DNA of 64,000 bases from Candidatus Thorarchaeota archaeon (GTDB lineage: Archaea; Asgardarchaeota; Thorarchaeia; Thorarchaeales; Thorarchaeaceae). A program made the translations under genes and the position numbers. The notes under the pieces were generated by a model. It saw nothing but the letters and a program-made list of their open reading frames with translations. It was not told the DNA's origin and searched no databases. The stretch lies in NCBI GenBank assembly GCA_963726195.1, contig CAVSBO010000013.1, positions 32,001 to 96,000 on the forward strand, read 5' to 3'. Of the stretch, positions 1 through 12,371 are shown piece after piece. Position 1 is the stretch's first letter. The number at the start of each line of letters is the position of its first letter.

Positions 1-736
1 ATGACTTTCCTACTTCCGTGAATAGTCCGTAATGCTCTTGGATAACGCGTTCCATCCACACGTCAATCGGGAATGCTTCTAGGAATCCAAGCGAAAAAAG
101 GCACACACAGTCGGAGACCTTGTCCCCAACACCGTGAAGAATCTTCAGTTCTTCATGGGCGTTGTCATACCCCATTTTGACTAGCTCTTCGGGCTTGATA
201 TCGCCAGCAAGAATGGACGAGGTGGATCTGGCAATGAACGCAGCACGCCAATCAAGGCCGAGAGTCTTGAGTTCGTCAACGGTGACCCTCGATAGCTGCT
301 CGGGTGTCGGGAATCCATGGTACTCACGTCCTCTGAACTGATATTTGGGACCGTAACGATCTCTTATGCGCTGTACCATTCTGTGGATGTTTGGGATGTT
401 ATTGCGGATAGAGCACAGGAAAGAGACCAGGCATGGATAGAATGGGTCTCGGGCTATTCGAATGCCCGGAGCAAACATGATGCTTTTCTTCATGAGTTCA
501 TCCTTAGTGATTTCCTGCTGTATCTCATGAATCGGATCACTGAGTCCAAGCAGTCTGCCGATGTCGATATCGTCAACCGAGGTCTCATACTGGAGGGTGT
601 TTCCTTTCTGCACTACATAGATGGCTTGTCCGATATCTGCGTTGACGTACCCTTCGCCCTCTCTGGTCCAGCAGAACGTTTGCCCACATTCGAGAGTATC
701 GGTCAAGTCAAAGTCGGCAACTGCGACGGTTCTCAC
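1..736 (-). CDS. 8-oxoguanine DNA glycosylase (OGG1-like, HhH-GPD); 3' end runs off the window
   Basis: Not in the ORF track. Manual translation from GTG 736 gives MRTVAVADFDLTDTLECGQTFCW...FLCSIRNNIPNI...FPTPEQL...LHGVGDKVSDCVCLFSLGFLEAFPIDVWMER, i.e. the OGG N-terminus, the HhH motif with catalytic K, and PIDVW. The frame is open to position 1. Confidence 0.9.
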   Translation of the reverse strand, partial: MRTVAVADFDLTDTLECGQTFCWTREGEGYVNADIGQAIYVVQKGNTLQYETSVDDIDIGRLLGLSDPIHEIQQEITKDELMKKSIMFAPGIRIARDPFYPCLVSFLCSIRNNIPNIHRMVQRIRDRYGPKYQFRGREYHGFPTPEQLSRVTVDELKTLGLDWRAAFIARSTSSILAGDIKPEELVKMGYDNAHEELKILHGVGDKVSDCVCLFSLGFLEAFPIDVWMERVIQEHYGLFTEVGKS

Positions 737-899
737 AAGCCCATGCGTGACTTGATACCAAAGAAGAGCATTCCGATATTGCTTGTCCTTGGACAATCCT
801 CATATTCAGAGCAAGTTGAAGGCATATGTGGCGATGATGATATACCTATTAGTGATTGAGGAAGGATGAACGACCCTAGGGTATCTGAGCCATGCTGTT

Positions 900-2973
900 T
901 CAAGCCATGTTATGTTTGCTACCTGCCGGGGTTTCAGGCGCCGTGCTTGATTGTACCTGAACAACTGTTCCATCCCGCTTGTAGGCTCTTTGCTTGAGAA
1001 AGGCGTACACGACAAATAGCATGGCCGTGGTCAAGAGCGCAGCAGGAGCAACAGTCACTATCCAGTGTTCTCTAGGATTCCAGTCAATGCCATCGGGGAT
1101 TCCATCAAAGTCAGTATCGGGATTTGTAGGTGAAAGACAGTACTCCACCTCATACGCATCACTCAACCCGTCCCCGTCCGTATCGTTGCTCTTGGGGTTT
1201 AGTCCGTTGACCACTTCAAACATGTCACTCAACCCGTCTTTGTCCGTATCTGGCGAAAGAGGGTTGAGCCCAAGTGCGACTTCAACACCGTCGGGGAGTC
1301 CATCAGCGTCGGTATCGGCAATCAGCGGGTTTGTATGGTAAACATTCACTTCGAGCCCATCGTCAAGCCCATCACCGTCGGTATCACGCTTCGTGGGGTC
1401 TGTTTCCAAAATCATCTCAACCCCATCCGATAATCCGTCTCCATCGGTATCAGCGACCAAAGGATTGGATCCGTGCTTGGCCTCCCAACCGTCAGGGGCA
1501 CTGTCTCCGTCGGTATCAGGATTGGTCGGATTTGTGCCCATGCTGAGTTCGACATCGTCGGTCAGGCCATCCTGGTCCGTGTCAGCAGAGTATGGGCTTG
1601 TACCTTGGCTGTTCTCGAAGGTGTCTGATAATCCGTCAGCGTCAATATCATTCAGGAAAGTTGTAGTGACCTTGACTAACGCGGATCCTGCACCGATGTT
1701 ACTGATACTGAGATTGAATGGGCCAAAATACCTCGAGAGGTATCTAACAACGATAACGCCACTGTTCCCAGTGCGTTGATACAGAATACGGTGAGAGTAC
1801 GCATCAGCAATGGTGGAAACGATTGTCGTGTTTCCAGTCCAACTGACTGTCGCATTCACGAAACCATTGAACGTAAAGGTGAGCAGCTCCGAGATATTGC
1901 CCAGAGGGGTCAACGGGCTAGTCATATAGAACGACGCAGCACTCTCGCCAAGCATACCGATGTAGGCAACAACACAGGCCGCACAAGCGGCTATTTCTCT
2001 CGCCTTGTCATAGCTATACTCGCCGTTGCTCCATACATCGTTGGACGTATCGCGAATTGTGTCATACCAATATCCCTGCGACACATGGATTGCAGGTCGT
2101 CCTGCCTGCCAGAGCTCATATGCCATGGATTTCTGAGCGACTCCGTGGTCGGTAGCATACTGCACTCTACCAGCTCCTCTTGAGGCAGATAGCTCCATCA
2201 AGAGATCTCGAATCCAGTATGATTGTTGGTACTTGCTGGTACCCGAGTAGCTCCTGAGCATTATCTCTGTCCCGTAGAGGAAACCGATGTCGTCGAAAAG
2301 TATCCGTTCAAAAGACAGCGATGTGACAGTCACCGTCTTTGTCTGGTTCAGCCAAGAAACGAAAGCTTTCGCTCCGGTGTCCGTTGTGGGGTTGTTCGTG
2401 TCTCTATTTGTCAGCACATAGTAGACGTCGCAGTACAGCGTGTAATTCTGAAGTACTCGTGCAATTTCGAGAACAGCAGCCACACTCGAGCCGACATCAT
2501 TGGCACCGGGTGTTGGTCCTGAACTGATTACACCGGTGACGAGAATTGCCTGTCTAGGAGAAGGCCCCATGCCGCTCTTAATCGCGAGAAGCACCTTGTG
2601 GTCTGTCACTTGATGGAAAGCAAGCTGCCCTCCTGTATTGTTCTTCAGGGTCCCATTGGCCCATGCCCATGCATTCTGAAGAGGCACCGATGGGGTTTCA
2701 TCCAGTTCATTCCATGTTCTTCCAGGATAGTTTTGAGAACAGGTTCCGAGTATAGTTCAGTAGACTCTGTGTTGAAGCTGCATTCCATATGTCGCCCCAT
2801 AGATTGGTCGCATTGAAATCCGCAGATGGGTTGAGGTTGGCAGAATTCTGGACTTTGACGGGCTCGCTGGACACTGGGGCTGCCGAGACAGAAACACGTT
2901 GTCCGCTTCCACAGGAGCAAGCCAGTAGGTAAAAGATAAGGACCAATGCTGCGATAATCCGTAGTCGATTCAT
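900..2973 (-). CDS. Secreted membrane-anchored protein: degenerate M28 peptidase-like domain, Ca-binding DxDGDG repeats, C-terminal TM (one frameshift ~2738)
   Basis: The signal-peptide ORF 2707-2973 joins ORF 900-2687 when one base is removed near 2738 (NYTRNLSQNYPGRTWNE...; ~690 aa). Contains PGANDVGSSVAAVLEIAR (M28-like) and a hydrophobic C-terminal helix followed by KQRAYKR. Confidence 0.8.
1074..1649 (-). repeat. Nine tandem ~22-aa thrombospondin type-3-like Ca-binding repeats (DTDGDGLxDxxE...GTNP)
   Basis: Visible in the translation, from DIDADGLSD to DTDFDGIPD, with a period of about 66 bp. Confidence 0.9.
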
Positions 2974-3207
2974 GATATCCAGTGCTTCCTCTGTTCACTT
3001 TCCACACTCAATTGGCAATGCAGTATCCTGGGCACTCTTCATTATGAATGAGAACGATGAATTCAGTCCGTGTTCGTGGTGGAAGCTGGAATGTCATCTC
3101 GGCCGGGACCCGCGTCATGGGTTGGAGGGCCCGTTGAAATGGCTGTTATACTTTGCGAAGGCACGGCTTGTCAGGTGTCTAGTCCTGCTGCATCAGCGAT
3201 TTCCAGT

Positions 3208-3708
3208 TCAGATCTCAAGCGTCGATATGTCGGCTGATTGTTTCATTACTATTTCAGTGAGCTTCTCAATGTCGTTGATTCTGAGGACTGGCTTTCTCGC
3301 GCTCTTCAGGTCAATGGTCGACTCAGCCCAAGTAACAATGGCAACAGCCGTCGGGGGTATTTCTCTGGAGTCGACAGGTCTGCTTCCGACACACCAAACC
3401 TTCGGCAGATGTTCCTCTTTGAATCCCTCAATCAGGAGAAAGTCGATGTTCTGTCCTTTCAAAATGTCTTTCAGCCTTCGTCTTGTCGAGTATCTCACAC
3501 TCGTAGAGTGGGGTCCGAGAAGAATCACAGGGTCTGCTCCGGCCTTCTCGTGCCGCCCTGAGTCTGTGCCCTCTGGGCTCGAATGGTCCTCCTTAGAGCT
3601 CTTGACTGTTGCAACTGAATAGCCCTTTGACTTGAGAGCTTTCACGAGCTGCTCCATGAGCGTGGTCTTGCCTGTCCCCGAAAGCCCTGAGATTCCAAAC
3701 ACACGCAT
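3208..3708 (-). CDS. mobB: Molybdopterin-guanine dinucleotide biosynthesis protein B
   Basis: GLSGTGKTTL P-loop, VATVK, GTDSGRH..AGA and LLIEGFK motifs. Confidence 0.9.
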   Translation of the reverse strand: MRVFGISGLSGTGKTTLMEQLVKALKSKGYSVATVKSSKEDHSSPEGTDSGRHEKAGADPVILLGPHSTSVRYSTRRRLKDILKGQNIDFLLIEGFKEEHLPKVWCVGSRPVDSREIPPTAVAIVTWAESTIDLKSARKPVLRINDIEKLTEIVMKQSADISTLEI

Positions 3709-3865
3709 GTTGATTCAACCATGGGATTCTATTCTTGCTTTTGTCGTCTTCTGTTCACTGTAGACGTGAACAGTGAGAGTCTAGGATGGACCGACCTCCT
3801 GTTCTGGTGGCTTTTGCTCCAGTAGCAACCTTAAAAATCGGGTCAGTTCTCGGGCGGCTTGGAGA

Positions 3866-4645
3866 GTGCCTTTGGCCATCGAGAATAGCATAGCAGTGGA
3901 GTGTCGTGACCTGCACAGGGATTTTCAGGACGGTCCTCGGGTAATCCACGTGCTGAGAGGAACGAATCTGACCGTTCGCAGGGGCGAGTTTGTTGCAATA
4001 GTGGGCGCGTCAGGTTCCGGCAAGACCACTCTTCTGAACCTTATCGGCGGTCTTGATACTCCTACCAGCGGCACTATTCTCGTCGATGGCATTGACATAA
4101 CTTCTCTGCAGGACGAAGAGATCTCGAAGGTCAGGCGGAATAAGGTCGGAGTGCTCTTTCAGGACCAGCATTTGCTTCCCATATTCACTGCTCTGGAAAA
4201 CGTCGAGGTTCCTATGCTCTTGAACGAAGTGAGAGCCGAAAAACGCTACGAACGCGGTATGGAACTGCTGAAGGCAGTCGGCGTAGATCATAGGGCACAC
4301 CACATGCCGCATGAATTGTCGGGAGGCATGCGTTCCCGTGTAGCGCTGGCGCGTGCACTGGCAAACAGTCCTGCTGTGCTTCTGTGCGATGAACCGACAG
4401 GTGACCTCGATCACAAGACTGGCAGCGAGATAATCAAGCTCATGAAGGATCTCGCGAAGCAAGAGGGACGTGCGGTCATTGTTGTGACGCATGATCCTGA
4501 GGTCGCGAAAATGGCTGACAAGATTCTGCTTCTGCGTGACGGTGTCCTTGTAGAGGAACTTGTCAGTGCCTTCTTCAAGCCTAGCGGAGTGGACGTTGAT
4601 GCTTTGCGCCGGCAGGGCCCGAGTGACGATTCCTCTGCCGCCTAG
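3866..4645 (+). CDS. ABC transporter ATP-binding protein (LolD/MacB type)
   Basis: GASGSGKT, LSGG, LLCDEPTGDLD and VTHD motifs. Confidence 0.95.
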   Translation: MPLAIENSIAVECRDLHRDFQDGPRVIHVLRGTNLTVRRGEFVAIVGASGSGKTTLLNLIGGLDTPTSGTILVDGIDITSLQDEEISKVRRNKVGVLFQDQHLLPIFTALENVEVPMLLNEVRAEKRYERGMELLKAVGVDHRAHHMPHELSGGMRSRVALARALANSPAVLLCDEPTGDLDHKTGSEIIKLMKDLAKQEGRAVIVVTHDPEVAKMADKILLLRDGVLVEELVSAFFKPSGVDVDALRRQGPSDDSSAA

Positions 4646-4647
4646 GG

Positions 4648-7549
4648 GTGACGACTCTGGCCGAACATACAAGCGACAAGACTAATCTGCCCAAAGGTAA
4701 TCGTGCCTATCCTATCTCGTATGCTCTCCGCACGATGAGAGCGTATCCCTTCAGAGCTCTAAGTTTGGCGTTCACACTGAGTCTCGGGTTGTCGCTCATT
4801 GGTTCGGTGATGGTCTGGGCCGATACTGGAGTTCAGGTGAGCGTGAATTCCTATTTTGACCAGACAACATTCCAGATGCTCGTGCATAACCCGCCAGGGA
4901 TGACTGAGGCAGTCAACCTTGCCGAGAGCTATGCAAAGGAAAGCTCTCTCGTCGAAAGCACTGACCGAGTCTGCTCGACTGTGGGCCTCGTATTCGGGAC
5001 TAAGCTGCCTAACAGCGCTATCTATGGTCTTGATGAACCAGTATACACGCAGGGCATCAAAGATTGCGAGGTTGTCTTTGTCACAAACAATCTCCTTCAG
5101 CTCATGCAGCGTGACTTTCGCGTTCAGGGAGCATTCGAACTGAAGGAGGGCGAGGTCCTTGTCTCGATGCAATTCATAAACTACGTTTACGAAGTGTTTC
5201 ACCAGACCATTACAATAAACTCAACCATTGATATCGAGCTTCTGACCATACGTCCACAGACAAACTCTGGACCCATCGGTGAGCTTGGACGAACAAGCCT
5301 GAATTCTCTCGTGGTCGCAGGAATCTATGAACTTCAGAGCAGCGGTTCTATCATTGAGCAAGGCTTTCCATATCGAATGCGGTCGAACTACAATTACGTG
5401 AATTATGACACCGCGGTCCTTGGCATATTGGACAGCGTGATGGTCCTGTCAAGTTACACCAACATGAACACAATATCTGAGACCGGTTTCTTTGGTGCTC
5501 GGAGTTTCATTCGCGCATCAGCATCTGCCTTGATCACGGCGGGACCGGACAAGATTGCAGAGAACCTTCTTTCATTGAAATCGCGCATGCAAGAACGATT
5601 TGATGTGAGCATAGAAGGCCTCGGAGAGATACTTCACGTTCAGGACTTAGTCAATGCATATGTTTCATCGATGCCTCTATCGTTTCTCAATCTGCCAGTC
5701 TTCATCCTAGCATTATTCCTCTCTGTGTTCGCGGGCAGATACCTTCATGTCTGCGAGAGTCACGGAGGTAGGTGCGCTAAGGTCGAAGGGTGCCAACTCT
5801 GCACAGATCTATGGCGTGTTCATCTCAGAGTCCGTCTTCATGTCTCTGCTTAGTATAGTCGTTGGATTGGCAATGAGCATCCTGCTTGCACCACTGATAC
5901 CAAGCGCCCAAGGTTTTCTCGTCTTCGATTGGCAACGTTACGGTTTCTTCCTCTCCAAGACCGTACTCAAGCCGCAGGCGGTGGGATACTCGATTCTCGT
6001 GTGTATTGTGCCTCCGCTCCTGCTCATTCTGTATTCCGCAAGAAAAGCGGCACGCACAGAGATTGGGTCCGCTATGATAGAGTCATCCGAGCCGATAAGC
6101 CAACAAGGAGAAGCATATGGATTCACTCTGGGCGCGTCGCTGATTCTTTTAGCAATGGTTCTCGTGGCTGCAGTACTCTTTCCGCCACAGCCCATAATTC
6201 TGATACTAGAATTGACACTCGGTACCGCATCTTGGTTCTTCATGGCCTACAATGGTTCGAGGGCATTCAGAATGGGATTCGCCCGACTCTCTTCCAAGCT
6301 CACTTTTCTGTTGGGTGAGAAGAACCTTATTGCAGCAGGCAATCTTCGAATGCGGAAGGGGCAAGTTGTGCCTCTCATGGTCGTCCTAGTACTCACGCTC
6401 TCCTCAACGATTGCATTCACAGTGCAGGCACAGAGTTTTCACGCTGACCTACTGAAAGAGACAGACTATGCCATCGGGGCCGATTTGCGTATCTCCTGCG
6501 CTCCTAGACCCTTCAACTTCAGCAACGCGGTTGAAGGATATCCCGGCGTGGCCAAAGTCATGCCTGTCCTTCAAACATGGGGAAAGGTTGGGGGTGACAG
6601 AATCACAATCGAAGCACTCGATCCACTCAACTACTCGGTAATCGGTCATTTCGACCCCACAAGCTTTGGTGCAGAGAGCGCTACTGCTGTTCTCTCTACT
6701 CTCGCGCATACCAACAATGGGCTGATCATAAGCGAGTATCACGCTAATCGTTGGAACAAAACTATCGGGGACAACGTGACCATCGAGATAGGCACCAGAT
6801 TGGCTTCCGTTTTGGTGACCCTGACGATCGTGGGGTACGTCCGCAGCGCTCCCGGTTTCGGGTATGCCTCAAGTTCCTACGCGACAGGCATGAGCTTGGC
6901 GGATGCCTTTGGTTTCCAAGCAGGCTTCTCCGGGTTTGGTATAGCGAATATTGGGTACATGGCATCCATTACTCAGAAGTTGACCACCAGTCTCTTTCTA
7001 GGCAATCTTGTGTGTACAACCGACCAAAGCTATCTACTTGGAGCGCTTGATAGCATTCCGGGGCTCTCTGCCATAACACCGGAGACATTCAACCTGAGTC
7101 AGTGGTCTTTTTCTGCCACTCTGTTCCTGAGCACAGTTGAGGGCTTGTTCTCGACAGGTTTCGCAATGTCTCTAGTGCTCAGCATATTCGCAGTAACGCT
7201 GTTTCTGGGTTCAGTTGTTAGAGAGCGAAGACGTGATTATGCAATCCTGCGAGCAGTCGGTGGTTCAAAGAGCCAAGTCGTGACAACGGTATTCTCTGAG
7301 TTTACCGGGATTGTGCTTGCTTCTGTTGCATTGAGTCTGGTCCTCGGCTCTCTCTTCGGATATGTAATGAGCATCTTGGTCTTCTCCGCCAGTCCTTTCA
7401 CCAGAGTTCTGCCTGCGGTGCTAACCTTCCCAATCGGTTTCTTGACTATGGTGCTCTTGGGTGAGTTCCTGGCCATGTCTGCAGGATCGTATTTGCCAGC
7501 TCGAGAGGCCGCGAAGACTGATCCGGCTATCGTGCTCAGGAATCTGTAG
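4648..7549 (+). CDS. Large FtsX/MacB-type ABC permease 1 (one frameshift ~5734)
   Basis: ORFs 4648-5853 and 5747-7549 join when one G is removed from GGG 5733-35 (LSVFAADTFMSARVTEVGALRSKGA; ~966 aa). Two FtsX modules; C-terminus PAREAAKTDPAIVLRNL. Confidence 0.88.
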
Positions 7550-10458
7550 GGGGCCGAGAACACGAAAGAAGCACAGACCAAAGCGCGCGGTAACTCGTGG
7601 TGGGCATTAAGATATGCGTTCACATCTATGCGGAATGGCAAAGTGCGTAATGCGGGCATAGCGTTGGTGCTTGCAATCGGAGTCGCTTTGCCCACAACTG
7701 TGTTCGTATGGACCAGCACGGGCACGGGCTTAGCAATAGACGACTACTTCGCTGCTCATGCCTTTCAGATGGCAATCATGCCGGGTCCGGGCGAAAACTT
7801 GCAGTCGTCCGGTCTCCGTGATGCCCAAACGACAGTGACGCAAAGCCCGTTCACCGAGTCTGCAGATTTGGTCCCTTCTTCCGTGGGCATACTCATTGGC
7901 AGCTTCTTCCCTTCCTGGAGCCAATATTCGATGCAGGCCACCAATTATAGATTTGGCATCAAAGACACACGTGTCTTCCTTGTGACGAGTCACCTCATGA
8001 AGACTTGGTCACAGGAGTTCACGTGGCGTGGCACTTTCTCTCTCTCCGTAGGACATATTCTGGTCTCCGAAGGTTTTGTTCAGTACGCCAGTGAAGTCCA
8101 TAACATCACAATCGATGTGGGCAGTGTCATAAGCATAGACTTGCTCACTCACACAGGTAGAAGGTCGGTGGGTTCTCCATCCGATTTCGGCAGACTTGCC
8201 TTGAGCAATCTCACCGTATCAGCAGTCTACGACGTCGCTTCTCCATTATCGCTTCTTCGCCAGTGGTTTCCATCGATAAGCCGCAAGAACTGGGACTCGA
8301 TGAGCCCCTATGGGGCGTCTGTTCTAGGAATCGCTGATTCAGTGATGATTCTTCAGAGCCAAGCCGGACAGACAGCAACAGACGACGTTGGAAGTAGAGG
8401 TTTCTTTCCGCCAGTGTCACTAGTCAGGGCCTCGGCAGATGCACTATTTGCAGCAGGAGCAGAGAATGCAGGCACAAATCTGTTAGCTCTCAAGACACAA
8501 ATAGAAGAACAGTATCCGCGGGTGTTCGTCTCCGGCCTACAGGAGATTTCTCGTTTCGACGCAGAAATACAGACCTACCTCCAAAGCCAGGTTTTGACAA
8601 TCATTGCATTTCCAGTACTGGTCATGAGTCTCATGCTTAGCATATTCACTTCGGAGACATCAATTGCTCGGCGCAAGGGTGAGATCAGTGCTCTAAGGGC
8701 AAAGGGCGCGTCCTTCAATCAAGTGTTTGCCACGTTTATGTGGGAGTCCTTGTTCCTAGCCATACTGGGCTTCATCATTGGGGTCGGGCTTTCGTTTATC
8801 ATGGCCCCGCTTCTGGGAGCGTCAGTGGGGCTCTTTGTGTTCGATTTGAGCATTTATGCGAGATTCCTCGAGAACCTCAGTGTTCCTCCTCTTGCATTGG
8901 TCATTGCCGGCGTGATAACGCTGTATCTTCCGGGCTCTTACCTGCTACATGTCGCAAGAAAAATCGACGTCTCGGAGGTAGGGCAGCCCACAACTGCACC
9001 GACGGCTGAGGGCACGGAGCAAACAGGTGTCTTGCGATATGCGTTAGGTCTGACAGGGATTCTTCTTCTGCTCCTCCTGATGCCGATGATTGCAGCGCCG
9101 TCTAGGTTATGTTGCAGTGGCAGAGATACTTGGTGCGACTGTTTTGCTTTTCGTGTCATCATATCTTGGCTCAAGGATCATGCGGCTAGTCACTGCAAAG
9201 GCATCAAGTGGCACGGGCTTTCTAATTGGAGAAAGACGCCTCTACTTGACTCAAAGTCTGAGAAGACGCAAGGGTCAGTTCATTCTGCTTCTCGTAATCC
9301 TGACTCTAACACTCACGACTACAACAATGATGCTCATACAGGCCGTCTAGTTTCCAGGCAACAACACAGAATGAGAAACAATATGCAATAGGCTGTGACG
9401 TTCGCGTGAAGTGTGACCAAGAGCCTCTCATTTTCAACAAGACGATTCTGAGCTATCCATGCGTGACTGCTGTCACCCCTGTAGTTGAAACGTGGGCGCA
9501 AGTCGGAACCGAGTCATTCTTCTTGGAGGGCATCAATACGCAGAGTTACGCGCATATCGGCTACTTCTCATCGGATTCGTTTGTCGGCGAAGATGCCAAC
9601 ACAACCCTCGCGAAGCTGAACGCAAAGAGTGATGGCATCATTATTAGTGAATACTACTCGAAGCTATTGAAAAAGACCGTTGGAGAAAATATCTCGGTTA
9701 GCTTCGGATCGGTCAATGGGACTCTGGTCATGAGTTTCGAAATCGTCGGACTGATGAGAAGTGCGCCGGGTTTCGGTATGGCTGCTACTCATGACCTTGT
9801 GAGTGCCTCTCTGGGGACAGAGTTCGGATTCCAAGTGGGTCGAGGTGGTTTTGCTTTCGTGAATCTCCAGCTGCTGTCAGAGCTATCCTACATCAATACT
9901 TCCGATTTGTTTCTCGTCGCCATTGCACCTCACTCTAACACGACCTCAATGATTGATGGTCTCTCGGCTGAGAGGAATGTCAGTGTCTATACCCTCGGCA
10001 GCTTTGATACTTCACACTCCTCCACCAATCTCTTCCTATCTGGAATGCAAGGTCTCACCGTCGTTGCATTCCTTCTATGTGCAATGATGGGACTGTCGGC
10101 ACTAGCATTGTTTCTTGGCTCAGCAGTGAGGGACCGCAATTGGGAATATGCCGTGTTCAGAGCAGCTGGAGCAACGAAATCCCAAGTAGTATCAATGGTC
10201 TTCGGGGAGTTTGCAGGCTCTGTTGTTGCCGCGATTGGCGTCAGCCTCGTTCTCGGCGTCATCTTTGGCTACAGCATGACCATCCTAACCTTTGGCGTTT
10301 CGCCGTTTTCTGCAATCGTCGGAGAAGTACTAAGCTTCCCCATCGTCATGATGTTATTGCTGCTATCATTGGACGGCGTCGCTATGCTAGCTGCATGTTA
10401 CTTACCGGCAAGAAATGCTGGTGCTGTTGACCCTGCGACAGTGTTGAGGAACCTGTAG
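7550..10458 (+). CDS. Large FtsX/MacB-type ABC permease 2 (frameshifts ~9100 and ~9345; start uncertain)
   Basis: Paralog of permease 1. Segments 7628-, 9090- and 9406- join after removing one base at each CCGTCTAG site. Motifs RKGEISALRAKGAS and PARNAGAVDPATVLRNL. Confidence 0.85.
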
Positions 10459-10564
10459 AGACAAAGAGCACAGTTCTCGCTGAGGCATGAACACGCGATT
10501 CTCGATCGCGAAAGGGATGGTTCACCCAATAGACTTATGAGAGTCACACTCGGGCGAGTCTGTT

Positions 10565-11597
10565 GTGCCCCCAATGACTGCTGCGACTAGTGTTGAGCAG
10601 CTTGACATCTACAGCCAATATCCTGATGACGTGGTAGTCAGCGTTGAGAACTGCTACAAGATTTACAAGACAAATGAGCTTGAAGTAGTAGCACTGAGTG
10701 GTGTGTCACTCCAGATTCTTGAGGGCAAGATGATGTGTGTGGTGGGACCGAGTGGGTCCGGCAAGACCACACTGACCAACATAATTGGGGGAATAACTAG
10801 AGCCACTGTTGGCAAGGTATATTGGGCTAACCTGCGCACGGACATCACGAAACTCAGCGAAAGGGTCCTCACGGAGGCCAGACGGAACTTCATCGGATTT
10901 GTGTTCCAGGTCAACAACCTACTGCCCCACCTGAACGCAGAGCAGAACGTCGAGTTGGCTGCTCGGATTGCGGGTGTTCCTCGTCAAGTACGCCGCGAAC
11001 GCGTGGATAGACTGACCAAGCTCGTTGGACTCGAAGAACGAAGGCGCAGTAAGGCGACCACTCTTAGCGGAGGTGAGCGAGCAAGGGTAGCCATCGCGAG
11101 CGCGCTGGTGAACTTGATTGATACTCAAGGTAAAGGTCTTGTTCTATGTGATGAGCCGACGGGTGACCTAGATCCAGAGACTGCTGAAAGGATTCTCGAC
11201 CTGTTTCAGGAGCTGAACGAGACACTTGGTACCTCCTTCTTCATCGTGACGCATAGCCAACAGGTAGCGTCAAAGGCCAACATTACCGTGGAGATTCGTG
11301 ACGGCATAATATCGGGATTTCATCAGGCGGGGATAGACCTTGACACTCTGGACAACACCAGAGTCGTGAAGCTCGACAACAATCTGCGTCTCCCCATGCC
11401 ATTCGATTTGCTTCAGAAGGCGGGCAACCCATCCGAGTTCAGAATTAGCTGACGAAGATGGGAGATTCATTTTAGAGCCCCAGAAGGGCGGTGTTGTGGA
11501 CGCGATAAGAATGCAGAGAGCGCGCACATGCCGTGTATGTGGGACCGAGATACCTGCTGGAAAGTTCATCTGTCCAAACTGCGGCAGCACCGTCTGA
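10565..11597 (+). CDS. ABC ATP-binding protein with C-terminal AbrB-like segment and zinc ribbon (frameshift 11451)
   Basis: GPSGSGKT, LSGGE and DEPTGDLD motifs. Removing G11451 extends the C-terminus to ...SYEDGRFILEP...CRVCGTEIPAGKFICPNCGSTV*. Confidence 0.88.
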
Positions 11598-11647
11598 TTT
11601 GGACCAGTGACAAGTCACGATAGTGTCGTGAACCCATTGCCGTGGTT

Positions 11648-12148
11648 TTAGATTGCCATCTCCGGCGAATCATTTCTGCGGAACAACGCCTCAAGGTCCT
11701 CAATGCATCTTCTGTCTCCCATCAAGATGCGTATCTTCCTTCTCAGCCCTCTCAGCACCTTGACTTTGTGTAACTCCAATTCTCTCTGAAGAAAACCACT
11801 CACATCATTTCCTTCCCGATCGAAGTCAGTCAATATCAGCACTTGGCCTTCCTTTCGTGCGATACCTGCAATTTGATCCACGAGTTCGGCTCTACCCAGT
11901 CTCGTCTGTGTCCTCACCAACCGTGATTTCAGTCCGAAGTGCCTCAGTGCACGTTCGTCCTGTCGCCCTTCCACAACTACCAGCAAGTTCTCGTATTTCT
12001 GGTCGATGCTCGATAGCAGGTCAATCAGACTTCTTTCATCGTCCGTGAGATTCTTCTTGATTCTAATTGCTCGCCTTCTCTTGCTCTCTGCCGCCTTCTC
12101 CACTTTGCCATTGTCCCTCGCGGCATCCAACTGAGAATTCTCCTTCAA
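11648..12148 (-). CDS. Small TOPRIM-domain protein (RNase M5-like)
   Basis: VVVEGRQDERAL and LILTDFDREG TOPRIM motifs. Confidence 0.85.
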   Translation of the reverse strand: MKENSQLDAARDNGKVEKAAESKRRRAIRIKKNLTDDERSLIDLLSSIDQKYENLLVVVEGRQDERALRHFGLKSRLVRTQTRLGRAELVDQIAGIARKEGQVLILTDFDREGNDVSGFLQRELELHKVKVLRGLRRKIRILMGDRRCIEDLEALFRRNDSPEMAI

Positions 12149-12371
12149 ACTTTGGAATACTGACTTGCTCCACGCGGCTCCGGTACCTTCGTCATGTATG
12201 ATGGTAAGTCACCAAGTTCAGAAACAAGGTTGTGGGTGCTATCCTAGTACCCCTGTGGATGACTAGAGAGCACGCTGCGGCCATTAAAGTTAGTTGGACT
12301 GTCCGGTGATGAGAGCAATATCGGAACCTTTAACCAACCATAGACTCTCGAACCCCTTCTGGGCATCGAGA

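Noticed and set aside
317-859. 180-aa + strand ORF
   Set aside because: Antisense shadow of the OGG-like glycosylase on the minus strand.
2972-3622. 216-aa + strand ORF, and similar long antisense ORFs such as 4010-4672 and 43566-44273
   Set aside because: They overlap well-supported genes on the opposite strand and carry no recognisable motifs.
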